From Bacteroidota bacterium (GTDB taxonomy: Bacteria; Bacteroidota; Bacteroidia; Chitinophagales; Saprospiraceae): a DNA stretch of 64,000 nt. Below, piece after piece: positions 51,197-59,995 of the stretch. How positions within the stretch are numbered: the stretch's first letter is position 1; each line of letters begins with the position of its first letter. The DNA is taken from contig JAHEAR010000021.1 of assembly GCA_024642665.1 (NCBI GenBank), forward strand, positions 453 to 64,452. The letters are read 5' to 3'. Both the position numbers and the translations under genes were made by a program. The notes beneath the pieces are model-generated. The model was not told the DNA's origin and made no database searches. It saw only the letters and a program-made list of their open reading frames with translations.

Positions 51197-52738
51197 ATGG
51201 ATAAGAAAAAGCAAGAATTAACCAGAAGACAAGATCAGGCCGCTTTAGGTGGTGGTCAGGACAGGATTGAAAAGCAGCATGCAAAGGGAAAGCTCTCTGC
51301 CAGAGAGCGTATTCAATTACTGTTTGATGAAAATACTTTTGAGGAAATCGGAATGATGGTTGTGCATCGATCCACCGATTTTGGTCTGGATCGTCAGAAA
51401 ATTTATGGAGACGGGGTGGTGACAGGCTATGGCACCATTGATGGTCGATTGGTATATGCGTATGCTCAGGATTTTACGGTATTTGGTGGTTCCTTATCAG
51501 AAACACATGCGGAGAAGATCTGTAAGATCATGGATCTTGCGGTTGAAAACGGAGTACCCTTGATTGGATTGAATGATAGTGGTGGTGCCAGGATACAAGA
51601 AGGAGTGCGCTCTTTAGGAGGGTATGCAGATATCTTCTACCGAAATGTGCGAGCCTCAGGTGTGATTCCTCAGATCAGTGCGATCATGGGACCTTGTGCC
51701 GGAGGAGCCGTCTATAGCCCTGCCATGACAGATTTTACAATCATGGTAGAAGGAAGTTCTTATATGTTCGTGACCGGCCCTAATGTGGTCAAAACGGTAA
51801 CCAATGAAGAAGTGACGAGTGAGGAGTTGGGTGGAGCCATGACGCATGCTACTAAATCCGGCGTAACCCACCTTACCGCGGCCAATGATGTGGATTGTAT
51901 TAAACAGATACAACAATTACTAAGCTATCTGCCACAGTCCAATGGCAATAAACCAAGCATTAATGGTTTTGTATTGAGCGATGAATTGCGTCCGAAGTTA
52001 AATGATATTATGCCGGAGAGTTCAACGACACCCTATGATATGCGTCATGTGATTACTGAATTAGTAGATGTGGATAGTTTTATGGAAATCCACGAACATT
52101 TTGCTTCCAATATTATTGTGGGATTTGGAAGAGTGGCAGGTATGTCAATTGGTATTGTTGCCAATCAACCAATGCACCTTGCCGGTGTATTGGATACCGA
52201 TGCCTCCAGAAAAGCAGCACGATTCGTTCGGACGTGTGATTGTTTTAATATTCCATTGCTTGTGCTTGTGGATGTTCCCGGTTTTCTGCCCGGCACCGAT
52301 CAGGAATGGAATGGGGTTATTCACCACGGGGCCAAACTTCTGTATGCCTTTAGTGATGCCACAGTGCCGCGTATCACACTGATCACCAGAAAAGCATATG
52401 GTGGGGCTTATGATGTAATGAATTCAAAACACATAGGAGCGGATATGAATTTCGCCTGGCCAACTGCTGAAATCGCGGTGATGGGCGCCAAGGGAGCCAC
52501 AGAAATTATTTTCAAAAAAGAAATAAGCAGTGCTGATGATCCACAGGCGACCTTAATCGAAATGGAAAAGGAGTACAGTGATATGTTTGCTAACCCATAC
52601 AAGGCAGCAGAAAGAGGTTTCGTAGATGAAGTGATCTTACCTGAAGAGTCAAGACGGAAAATCATTAAAGCGTTTTCCTTGCTGGCCAATAAAAAGAAAT
52701 TAACACCGGATCGAAAACACGGCAATATTCCGCTATAA
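51197..52738 (+). CDS. acyl-CoA carboxylase carboxyltransferase (beta) subunit (propionyl-/methylmalonyl-CoA type)
   Basis: 513 aa with motifs [24 protein letters not shown] and [13 protein letters not shown]. Confidence 0.92.
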   Translation: MDKKKQELTRRQDQAALGGGQDRIEKQHAKGKLSARERIQLLFDENTFEEIGMMVVHRSTDFGLDRQKIYGDGVVTGYGTIDGRLVYAYAQDFTVFGGSLSETHAEKICKIMDLAVENGVPLIGLNDSGGARIQEGVRSLGGYADIFYRNVRASGVIPQISAIMGPCAGGAVYSPAMTDFTIMVEGSSYMFVTGPNVVKTVTNEEVTSEELGGAMTHATKSGVTHLTAANDVDCIKQIQQLLSYLPQSNGNKPSINGFVLSDELRPKLNDIMPESSTTPYDMRHVITELVDVDSFMEIHEHFASNIIVGFGRVAGMSIGIVANQPMHLAGVLDTDASRKAARFVRTCDCFNIPLLVLVDVPGFLPGTDQEWNGVIHHGAKLLYAFSDATVPRITLITRKAYGGAYDVMNSKHIGADMNFAWPTAEIAVMGAKGATEIIFKKEISSADDPQATLIEMEKEYSDMFANPYKAAERGFVDEVILPEESRRKIIKAFSLLANKKKLTPDRKHGNIPL

Positions 52739-52748
52739 AAATCTGTAG

Positions 52749-53222
52749 ATGAAATCACATTTGATCGATATGTTTCTTTTTAACAGAGAAGCCAATAGTA
52801 AGATGGTTTCCTCCTTTGTAGATATTTCCGGCAATGGTGAAATACTGAAGCACTTGAGTCACTTAGCCAATTGTCAATACAAATGGTTGGGAAGAATCAG
52901 AACTTTTCCGGAAGCAGAAAGTGTCAGTTGGTGGGAACCGGTCTATGAGGCAGATGAATTGTTACAGCATATTTCACAGAGTACACAATTTTGGTTAGAC
53001 TATTTAAATGGCTTGAACGAAGAGGATTTAGAGAACAGAATCAACTTTGCCCGAGGAGCTTCCGGATCGGCCGAAGTCTCTATAAAGGATATTGCCCTTC
53101 AGTTGATCTTTCACTCCTTTCATCATCGGGCACAGATACAAATGATGATCAGAGAAAAAGGGATACCTCCGGAGGGCATCGATTACATCCGATCCAGGAT
53201 GATAAAAAAAGGGGAGAGCTGA
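52749..53222 (+). CDS. DinB-family protein
   Basis: 157 aa with a four-helix pattern and His motifs (HLANCQ, FHSFHHRAQI). Confidence 0.72.
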   Translation: MKSHLIDMFLFNREANSKMVSSFVDISGNGEILKHLSHLANCQYKWLGRIRTFPEAESVSWWEPVYEADELLQHISQSTQFWLDYLNGLNEEDLENRINFARGASGSAEVSIKDIALQLIFHSFHHRAQIQMMIREKGIPPEGIDYIRSRMIKKGES

Positions 53223-53241
53223 TACAGCTTTCCCCTTTTTT
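53204..53241. terminator. bidirectional hairpin terminator between the convergent DinB-like and giant T9SS genes
   Basis: 10-bp stem ggggagagct/agctttcccc (one G-T pair) with a 5-nt loop, flanked by an A7 run and a T6 run. The DinB stop codon lies at the stem-loop junction. Confidence 0.7.
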
Positions 53242-53263
53242 ATTTTTATTGATGTTGCTCGGA

Positions 53264-56200
53264 TTAATTGCCCGATTTAACCAGTTTAACCGGCCACATG
53301 TTATCACCGTTTTTCAACAGGACTATATAAAGTCCTGCCGGTTCTGTGCTTAATTCATACTGCTCATCAGCGGTTAGCGGTAATTGATAAATGACGTTCC
53401 TGCCACTGGCATTGAACATAGACAGCACCAGATCTTTTTTGGCATAAATACCGGGCATAGACCCATTATTAAAGATGGTAAAAAACTCATCATAATCCAC
53501 CGGAAGTGTTGAGACAAAACAATCAACCATTCCTGGAATAATAACAGATGAGCAATTCGGATTGGCATCATCAAAAACCAGAAATTCATAATCCGTATCA
53601 TCTGCTGGAAATGGTCCCAATTCCAAAGGGAGATCATCATAACTGAAGTTTCCGTAATTGTTGCCATTACCGAGGACATTAAAACCATCAAAGCCTACAT
53701 TGGTAAAATCAAAATCAAGAATGAAAAAGAAATTGCCGTCATCGTCACAAGGCGTCATGGTGTATTCAAGATTATAAATACTGCATCCTCCGGCACCACA
53801 AGTTGGTCCATCAAACGAATAACTACTGCAGCATTCCATGCCATCACTTTCACAGATCGTTATCGTATAATCACCACTATCATTAGTAGGGTAATTATTG
53901 ATTTCCACTGGCATTTGATTTAGAGGATAGAAGCCCAGATAGTCATCCCCTGAATAGATATCCACACCACCTCCCGGTAGGTTTTCGTAATTGTAATCTA
54001 CCAGCACCACAAAAGTGGAATCTGAATTACAATCAAATACACTAACGGCAATATCAAATATGGCACAATCACCTCCGTTACAATTTGGATTAACAATCGT
54101 ATAAGAAGCACAGCATGCTGAATTGTTTTGAGCGCAAACAGTGATTACGGTTTCTTCTATATCAAAGACAGGGAAATTTTCAATGCGTATAAAATTTGGC
54201 GCATTAAAATAAGTGCCCAGTAAAATTCCATTCGCGAAAATATCCACTGAATCCGTCGGGAGACTATTATCATCAAACACAATATCTACTAGGAAAGTAG
54301 AATCAGAGTTGCAATCACCGGTCTCCGCAAACAGATTATAGATTTCACAATCAAATCCCTGTCCGCAATCGGGTGTTTCTAAAACATATTGATCACAACA
54401 ATCCGGACCTTCTAAAGCACAAACGGTAATTGTCGTATGACTAAAGTTTGAAGCAGGGAAATTAGGAATCGTAAATCCGGCCGGATTATGCACAAAATGA
54501 GCTGAGTATCCATTGTCCGAACTAACCACTACGGAATCCGAAGGAAGGTTGTTGGATAAGTAATGGATAAAGACCGAAAAGGTAGAATCGTCATTACAAA
54601 CGCCAAAATCTGCTACCAGATCAAACAAGTGACACATACCACCACCGGCACAATGAGGCGTTTCAAATTCAATAGCAGCACAACAATCCGGTGCTTCAAC
54701 AGCACAAACAGAAAGGACCGTGTGGTTGGTTTCAAATTCAGGGAAATTGCTGATGGTTAATCCTTCACTGACTGCCAGATATTGCCCGATCAAATTACCA
54801 TTACCATAAACAAAAACAGAGTCATTCGGCAGATTCTCAAAATTGAAGTCGATGTGAATAGAATAGGTTGTGTCAGACGTACAGTCTCCAACGAATATTT
54901 CAAGATCCCAGATGCTGCAATTTCCGGAGCCGGGGCAGTCAGGCGTATCAAATTCAACTACATCACAACAATCAGGATTGCCAACTGCACAAACTGAAAG
55001 GGTTGTATTGTTGGTTTCAAAGGTTGGAAAATTGACGATAGTCAGTCCTTCATTGATTGCAAGATATTGCCCGATCAAATTGCCATTGGCATACACCAGG
55101 ACAGAATCTTCAGGGAGATTGCTAAAATTAAAGTCAATATGAATGGAGTAGGTTGAGTCTGACGTACAGTCGCCAACGAAATATTCAAGATCCCAGATAT
55201 TGCACTGACCAAAAGTGGAACAATCAGGGGTAGCATATTCTACAACAGCACAGCAATCAGGATTGCCAACCGCACAAACTGAAAGGGTTGTATTGTCGGT
55301 TTCAAAAGTTGGGAAATTTTCAATGGTCAATCCTTCATTGACGGCAAGATATTGTCCGATCAAATTGCCATTAGCATACACCAGGACAGAATCTTCAGGA
55401 AGATTGATAAAATTAAAGTCAATATGAATGGAGTAGGTTGAGTCTGACGTACAGTCACCAACGAAATATTCAAGATCCCAGATATTGCACTGACCAAAAG
55501 TAGAGCAATCAGGGGTAGCATATTCTACAGCAGCACAGCAATCAGGATTGCCAACCGCACAAACTGAAAGGGTTGTATTGTCGGTTTCAAAAGTTGGGAA
55601 ATTTTCAATGGTCAATCCTTCATTAACAGCAAGATATTGTCCGATCAAATTGCCATTAGCATACACCAGGACAGAATCTTCAGGAAGATTAATAAAATTA
55701 AAGTCAATCTGAATGGAGTAGGTTGAGTCTGACGTGCAGTCCCCAACAAAATATTCAAGATCCCAGATATTGCATTGTCCAAAGGTGGAACAATCAGGGG
55801 CTTCAAACGTAAGCGTATCACAACACTCGGCATCACCCAGAATACAAACAACCAGTATTGTGGAATCCGTTTCAAAAACCGGAAATTCTTCAATCCGATT
55901 AAAATTGGGTTGAATCTCGTACACCCCGACTAGCTCACCATTGCCATAAACAGCAATCGAGTCACTATCTGTATTAATCGTCTCAAATACAATATCAAGT
56001 ATATAAGTAGAATCAGAGTTGCATTCTCCTGTTTCAGCAAACAAGTCATACAGGTTGCAAACCGGAGATTCGCAATTCATCAATTCAAAAAGGACTTCAT
56101 CACAGCAGCTTCCGAGGTCATTCGCACAAACAGAGAGTACTGCTGTGCCATCGCCTTCAGGAATATCTAAAATGATTGGGATTTCATCTACGTTATAAAA

Positions 56201-58057
56201 TCCCACAAATACGCCGTCCAGAAAAACATCGACGGATTCACCCGGTAGATTTTCGTAAAAATATTCGAGGGCCACTTCGAAAGTACTATCGGTCGTACAA
56301 CCGATTACTTCGACATTGACATCATAAATGCTGCAAGCACATTCAGGGGAATCAAAGATTAAGGTAGCACAACAATTGTTATTATCATTTTCGCAAACAG
56401 TGATCGTATCTGTGCCTGTTCCGTTGGACGGAAATTCGTTGATCATCAAAGGAAGATCGGTATAGTCATAAAAGCCAAAATTTTCTCCATTTACATACAA
56501 ATCAAACCCAACGCCTGAAACACCCTGATAATCAAAATCAATCGTAGCAGCAAACGTATTATTTCCGGTGCATTCTCCGGTGATAACGGAAAGATTGGAT
56601 AGCTCACAAATGGTATCACAATCAATAAAGCCTAATTCAATACTTTCAAAACATAATTGGTTGACTAAATCGGTCACTACAAATTCAAAATACTGGCTAC
56701 CATCACCAACGAAGGGACCAACTTGAACCGGTAGGTCTTCATAAGCAAAGGAACCATAGTTTTCTCCGTTGCCGGTGATTTCAAATCCTTCATTCGATTG
56801 ATTCTGATAATCAAAATTTATTTGAATAAAAATCTCATCATCATCATTACATGGAAGTGGAAAAGCTTCCAGATTATAAATCAAACAACCTGCACACAGT
56901 AGTGCTTCAAATGGAGTGGTCGAACAACATTCAAGATACTCGTTGTCGCAGACAGTGACATAATCAATAAATTCACCTGATCCCTCAAATTCAGGAAGTG
57001 TTATCGGTAAGTCGTCATACATATAACTTCCATAATAACCTGTTTCAGAAAAAACTGCAAACCCAAGATCTCCTTCTCCTTCGATGTCCAGTCCAATCAA
57101 TAATGAATAAGCTTCATTGCCATTACATTCCAATGCCAAAGCTTCCATGGATCGCACATCACAAGGTGGAGGACAATGGTATATCCCAAATACTTCCGTC
57201 GTTTGACAGTCACCATCCTCAATATGAAATTCCCATTCGATGTCTGTCCCACCATTTAATGGTCCAACGGTAATTGGTAAATCGATGTAGGCAAAATTGC
57301 CATAATTGAGACCATTTCCGGTCATGTGAAAACTATCTGATGGAGGATTATCGTAACCAAAATTAATATGCATCAGAAAGTTGGCACCATTGCAATCAGG
57401 ATCAAAAGTTACGCTGTACATCTCACAGTTGTCCGGATTGCAATCAATCGCATCTAACACAAACGTTTCACAACAGGAAGATTCAAGATGATCACATACA
57501 GTTAAAATGATTGGTGCTGCTCCGTTTACTTCAAAGAATGGAATTGTAATGGGCAGGCTTGAGTATAAATAAGTACTAATCAAATCACCCTCCTCATCGC
57601 GCAAGTCAAAAGTTAATCCTGCCGGATTCTCATAATCAAAGTCAAACACTACAATTGCGCTATTGTCACTGACACAAGCCACAAACTCAAGATCGAAGTT
57701 TGAGATAGAACAAATCGGTCCACAATCAGCGGCAACCATGGTGGTGAATTGCTGACACATGCCATCTTCTTTATCCCAGGCAATAAATTCGTATTCTGAT
57801 TCTGCATCACCAAGCAGGTTTCCAACAGAAACCGGGAGGTCAGCATAAGCAAATTGACCATAAACGACTCCATTTCCGGCAAGCATAAAACTATCGCTGG
57901 CGGGGTTAATGACCTCAAGATCAACTGAAGCAGAAAAATAATTTCCATCACAGGATTCCGCTATAGCGGTGACAGAAGTAATTTCACAATCCTGGGCCCA
58001 TATGGAAGTAGGTAAATAATTAACTATCAAGCAAATGGAAAGTAGAATCTTATACAT
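53264..58057 (-). CDS. giant secreted modular Cys-rich repeat protein with T9SS C-terminal sorting domain
   Basis: 1597 aa. The signal peptide is MYKILLSICLIVNYLPTSIWAQ. It is followed by 16 tandem Cys-framed modules of 88-95 aa. The last ~80 aa resemble a Por/T9SS CTD (LSMFNASGRNV...AGLYIVLLKNGDNMWPVKLVKS). Confidence 0.9.
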   Translation of the reverse strand: MYKILLSICLIVNYLPTSIWAQDCEITSVTAIAESCDGNYFSASVDLEVINPASDSFMLAGNGVVYGQFAYADLPVSVGNLLGDAESEYEFIAWDKEDGMCQQFTTMVAADCGPICSISNFDLEFVACVSDNSAIVVFDFDYENPAGLTFDLRDEEGDLISTYLYSSLPITIPFFEVNGAAPIILTVCDHLESSCCETFVLDAIDCNPDNCEMYSVTFDPDCNGANFLMHINFGYDNPPSDSFHMTGNGLNYGNFAYIDLPITVGPLNGGTDIEWEFHIEDGDCQTTEVFGIYHCPPPCDVRSMEALALECNGNEAYSLLIGLDIEGEGDLGFAVFSETGYYGSYMYDDLPITLPEFEGSGEFIDYVTVCDNEYLECCSTTPFEALLCAGCLIYNLEAFPLPCNDDDEIFIQINFDYQNQSNEGFEITGNGENYGSFAYEDLPVQVGPFVGDGSQYFEFVVTDLVNQLCFESIELGFIDCDTICELSNLSVITGECTGNNTFAATIDFDYQGVSGVGFDLYVNGENFGFYDYTDLPLMINEFPSNGTGTDTITVCENDNNNCCATLIFDSPECACSIYDVNVEVIGCTTDSTFEVALEYFYENLPGESVDVFLDGVFVGFYNVDEIPIILDIPEGDGTAVLSVCANDLGSCCDEVLFELMNCESPVCNLYDLFAETGECNSDSTYILDIVFETINTDSDSIAVYGNGELVGVYEIQPNFNRIEEFPVFETDSTILVVCILGDAECCDTLTFEAPDCSTFGQCNIWDLEYFVGDCTSDSTYSIQIDFNFINLPEDSVLVYANGNLIGQYLAVNEGLTIENFPTFETDNTTLSVCAVGNPDCCAAVEYATPDCSTFGQCNIWDLEYFVGDCTSDSTYSIHIDFNFINLPEDSVLVYANGNLIGQYLAVNEGLTIENFPTFETDNTTLSVCAVGNPDCCAVVEYATPDCSTFGQCNIWDLEYFVGDCTSDSTYSIHIDFNFSNLPEDSVLVYANGNLIGQYLAINEGLTIVNFPTFETNNTTLSVCAVGNPDCCDVVEFDTPDCPGSGNCSIWDLEIFVGDCTSDTTYSIHIDFNFENLPNDSVFVYGNGNLIGQYLAVSEGLTISNFPEFETNHTVLSVCAVEAPDCCAAIEFETPHCAGGGMCHLFDLVADFGVCNDDSTFSVFIHYLSNNLPSDSVVVSSDNGYSAHFVHNPAGFTIPNFPASNFSHTTITVCALEGPDCCDQYVLETPDCGQGFDCEIYNLFAETGDCNSDSTFLVDIVFDDNSLPTDSVDIFANGILLGTYFNAPNFIRIENFPVFDIEETVITVCAQNNSACCASYTIVNPNCNGGDCAIFDIAVSVFDCNSDSTFVVLVDYNYENLPGGGVDIYSGDDYLGFYPLNQMPVEINNYPTNDSGDYTITICESDGMECCSSYSFDGPTCGAGGCSIYNLEYTMTPCDDDGNFFFILDFDFTNVGFDGFNVLGNGNNYGNFSYDDLPLELGPFPADDTDYEFLVFDDANPNCSSVIIPGMVDCFVSTLPVDYDEFFTIFNNGSMPGIYAKKDLVLSMFNASGRNVIYQLPLTADEQYELSTEPAGLYIVLLKNGDNMWPVKLVKSGN
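54920..55774 (-). repeat. three near-identical in-frame 285-bp tandem repeats (modules 9-11 of the giant protein)
   Basis: The landmark tgcactgaccaaaag recurs at 55201 and 55486, and related landmarks occur at 54916 and 55771, giving an exact period of 285 bp. The copies at 55201-55485 and 55486-55770 differ at about 10 positions by hand alignment. Confidence 0.9.
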
Positions 58058-58178
58058 AGAAAAGTCTTTTTTTGTAGTTACACAAAGCTATACAAAAGTG
58101 TTCAATTAAGCCCACTAGTTTCAAGATACCAATATCTTTACGAGCGTTGCACCTTTGATTGCTTAAATTAGTGTGGAT

Positions 58179-59153
58179 ATGAGCTCAATGATACTCTCTG
58201 GTCACGACAGGCCACTTGAATCTGGTGAAATCCTGCCCTCCTTGCCTGAAGAGGGGGAGGTGTTTGTGCGCCTGCATGCCGCAGCATTGAATAAAAGAGA
58301 CTACTGGATCACTAAAGGTATGTATCCCGGTATTACCTATCCATTAGTGCTGGGTAGCGATGGTGCGGGAATAGTGGATGGTCGAGATGTAATCATCAAC
58401 CCGAGTATTCATTGGGGTGATGATCCTGAATATTTTGCAACGGATTTTACCATTTTAGGTTTACCGGCTCACGGAACTTTTTCTGATTTGGTTAAAGTGC
58501 CGGAAGAGAATTTGTTTGATAAACCTGCACATCTTTCCTGGGTAGAAGCTGCTGCATTACCGGTATGTGGCGTTACAGCATACAGGGCGATGTTCACCAG
58601 AGGACGGGCACGTAGTGGGGAGAGAATGCTTATCACAGGTATTGGGGGTGGCGTTGCTACCATGGCACTTCTTTTTGGTGTAGCCCTTGAGATGGAGGTA
58701 TGGGTGACAAGTTCCTCTGACCAAAAAATTGCCAGGGCGATCCAATATGGCGCTAAAGGTGGGGTGATGTATTCGGCACCTGATTGGGAGAAAGAATTAG
58801 TATCAAAAGCCGGTGGTAAATTTGATCTTGTCATAGACGGTGCAGGTGGAAAAGATTTTTCAAAAATGACTCAATTTATGAGCCCGCGAGGCCGAATTGT
58901 TATCTATGGGGGAACCAGCGGAAATATTGAAGACCTTAGCCCTCAGCGCATCTTCTGGAAGCAACTGGATATTCTTGGTTCAACGATGGGCTCGCCGGAA
59001 GATTTTTCCCGTATGATTGATTTTGTGGCCATAAATAAAATCAAACCGATTGTCAGTCATGTGTTTCCATTAGAAAAAGTCAATGATGCTATGGAAATAA
59101 TTGCACGTAATGAACAGTTTGGTAAAGTCTGCCTTGAGATACCACAACCATGA
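58179..59153 (+). CDS. zinc-type alcohol dehydrogenase-like / NADPH:quinone oxidoreductase (MDR superfamily)
   Basis: Shows the MDR pattern, the nucleotide-binding motif ITGIGGGVATMAL, and an ending typical of quinone oxidoreductases. The start is the ATG at 58179 or the GTG at 58173. Confidence 0.83.
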   Translation: MSSMILSGHDRPLESGEILPSLPEEGEVFVRLHAAALNKRDYWITKGMYPGITYPLVLGSDGAGIVDGRDVIINPSIHWGDDPEYFATDFTILGLPAHGTFSDLVKVPEENLFDKPAHLSWVEAAALPVCGVTAYRAMFTRGRARSGERMLITGIGGGVATMALLFGVALEMEVWVTSSSDQKIARAIQYGAKGGVMYSAPDWEKELVSKAGGKFDLVIDGAGGKDFSKMTQFMSPRGRIVIYGGTSGNIEDLSPQRIFWKQLDILGSTMGSPEDFSRMIDFVAINKIKPIVSHVFPLEKVNDAMEIIARNEQFGKVCLEIPQP

Positions 59154-59638
59154 CCAGGATAGGCGTCATATCGGATACGCATAGTTTTCTGGATCCCCTT
59201 CTGACACCGATTCTGTCCAAATGTGATGAACTTTGGCATGCCGGTGATATCGGTAGTAGACACGTCCTTACAGAGCTTGAAAAATTAAACAAACCTATAC
59301 GGGCTGTCTATGGAAATATTGATGGACAGGATATTCGGATCGATACGCCGAAACATTTGATTTGGCATGTTGAAAAACGGAAGATTTTGATGACTCATAT
59401 TGGTGGGTATCCCGGACATTATACCGCAGAGTTAAAGCAAATGCTCCTGAAGGAAAAACCTGATATTTATGTTTGCGGTCACTCACATATTCTTAAGGTA
59501 ATTTATGACAAGCAACTTGAATTGCTCCATATTAATCCCGGCGCCTGCGGTAGAGAAGGATTTCAAAAAGTCAGGACAATGATTCAGTTTGTCATTGATG
59601 GTGAAGCGATCAGGGATATGGCGATTGTAGAACTCTGA
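59150..59638 (+). CDS. metallophosphoesterase (YfcE/MJ0936 family)
   Basis: Motifs SDTHS, GDIG, GNIDG and GHSH. It overlaps the upstream gene by 4 nt. Confidence 0.85.
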   Translation: MTRIGVISDTHSFLDPLLTPILSKCDELWHAGDIGSRHVLTELEKLNKPIRAVYGNIDGQDIRIDTPKHLIWHVEKRKILMTHIGGYPGHYTAELKQMLLKEKPDIYVCGHSHILKVIYDKQLELLHINPGACGREGFQKVRTMIQFVIDGEAIRDMAIVEL

Positions 59639-59643
59639 AAATC

Positions 59644-59868
59644 AATTACGAATTACGAATGCGTAAATTACGATTGAATGACTGAAGGAAGAAAGGTAGA
59701 TAAGCAGAAGGGCGGAAAACAAAATCACATCTTTATCTCATGTCTGTACTTGCGGAAAAAGCACCCCGCTCAATCCTTAAAAAAATGCAGAAATAACAGA
59801 AAAAAACAAAATAAAAATTGCCTCTATCTGTAATTAAACAATTGTGCGATTTTTCGTAATTCGTAATT
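59644..59868. repeat. 14-bp perfect inverted repeat made of AATTACG heptamer pairs, flanking a 197-bp A-rich core
   Basis: aattacgaattacg at 59644-59657 and cgtaattcgtaatt at 59855-59868. Confidence 0.7.
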
Positions 59869-59876
59869 TTTATTTT

Positions 59877-59995
59877 TCCCCATGCCCTACGCTCTAAGCC
59901 CTACGCTCTACGCCCCATGCCCCATGCCCCATGCTCCATGCCCCATGCCCCATGCCCCTTGCTCCATGCCCCTTGCCCTTCGCCCTACGCCTCAA
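59877..59995. repeat. tandem array of 17 in-register heptamers, consensus CCCCATG
   Basis: The array reads ccccatg ccctacg ctctaag ccctacg ctctacg ccccatg x3 ctccatg ccccatg x2 ccccttg ctccatg ccccttg cccttcg ccctacg cctcaat. It runs into the stop codon (59985-59987) of the minus-strand gene. Confidence 0.9.

Noticed and set aside
54563-55427. Series of similar 65-90-aa plus-strand ORFs opposite the giant repeat gene
   Set aside because: Their mutual similarity only reflects the 285-bp coding repeats on the other strand. They have no start or stop conservation or motifs.
54635-56060. Regular repeats considered as a possible CRISPR array
   Set aside because: The period is 285 bp with no repeat/spacer alternation. 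The whole tract is one continuous reading frame encoding protein modules, and no cas genes are present in the window.
53264-58057. Diversity-generating retroelement (template/variable repeat) idea for the near-identical modules
   Set aside because: No reverse transcriptase gene is present in the window. Differences between copies are mostly synonymous transitions and are not confined to adenine positions.
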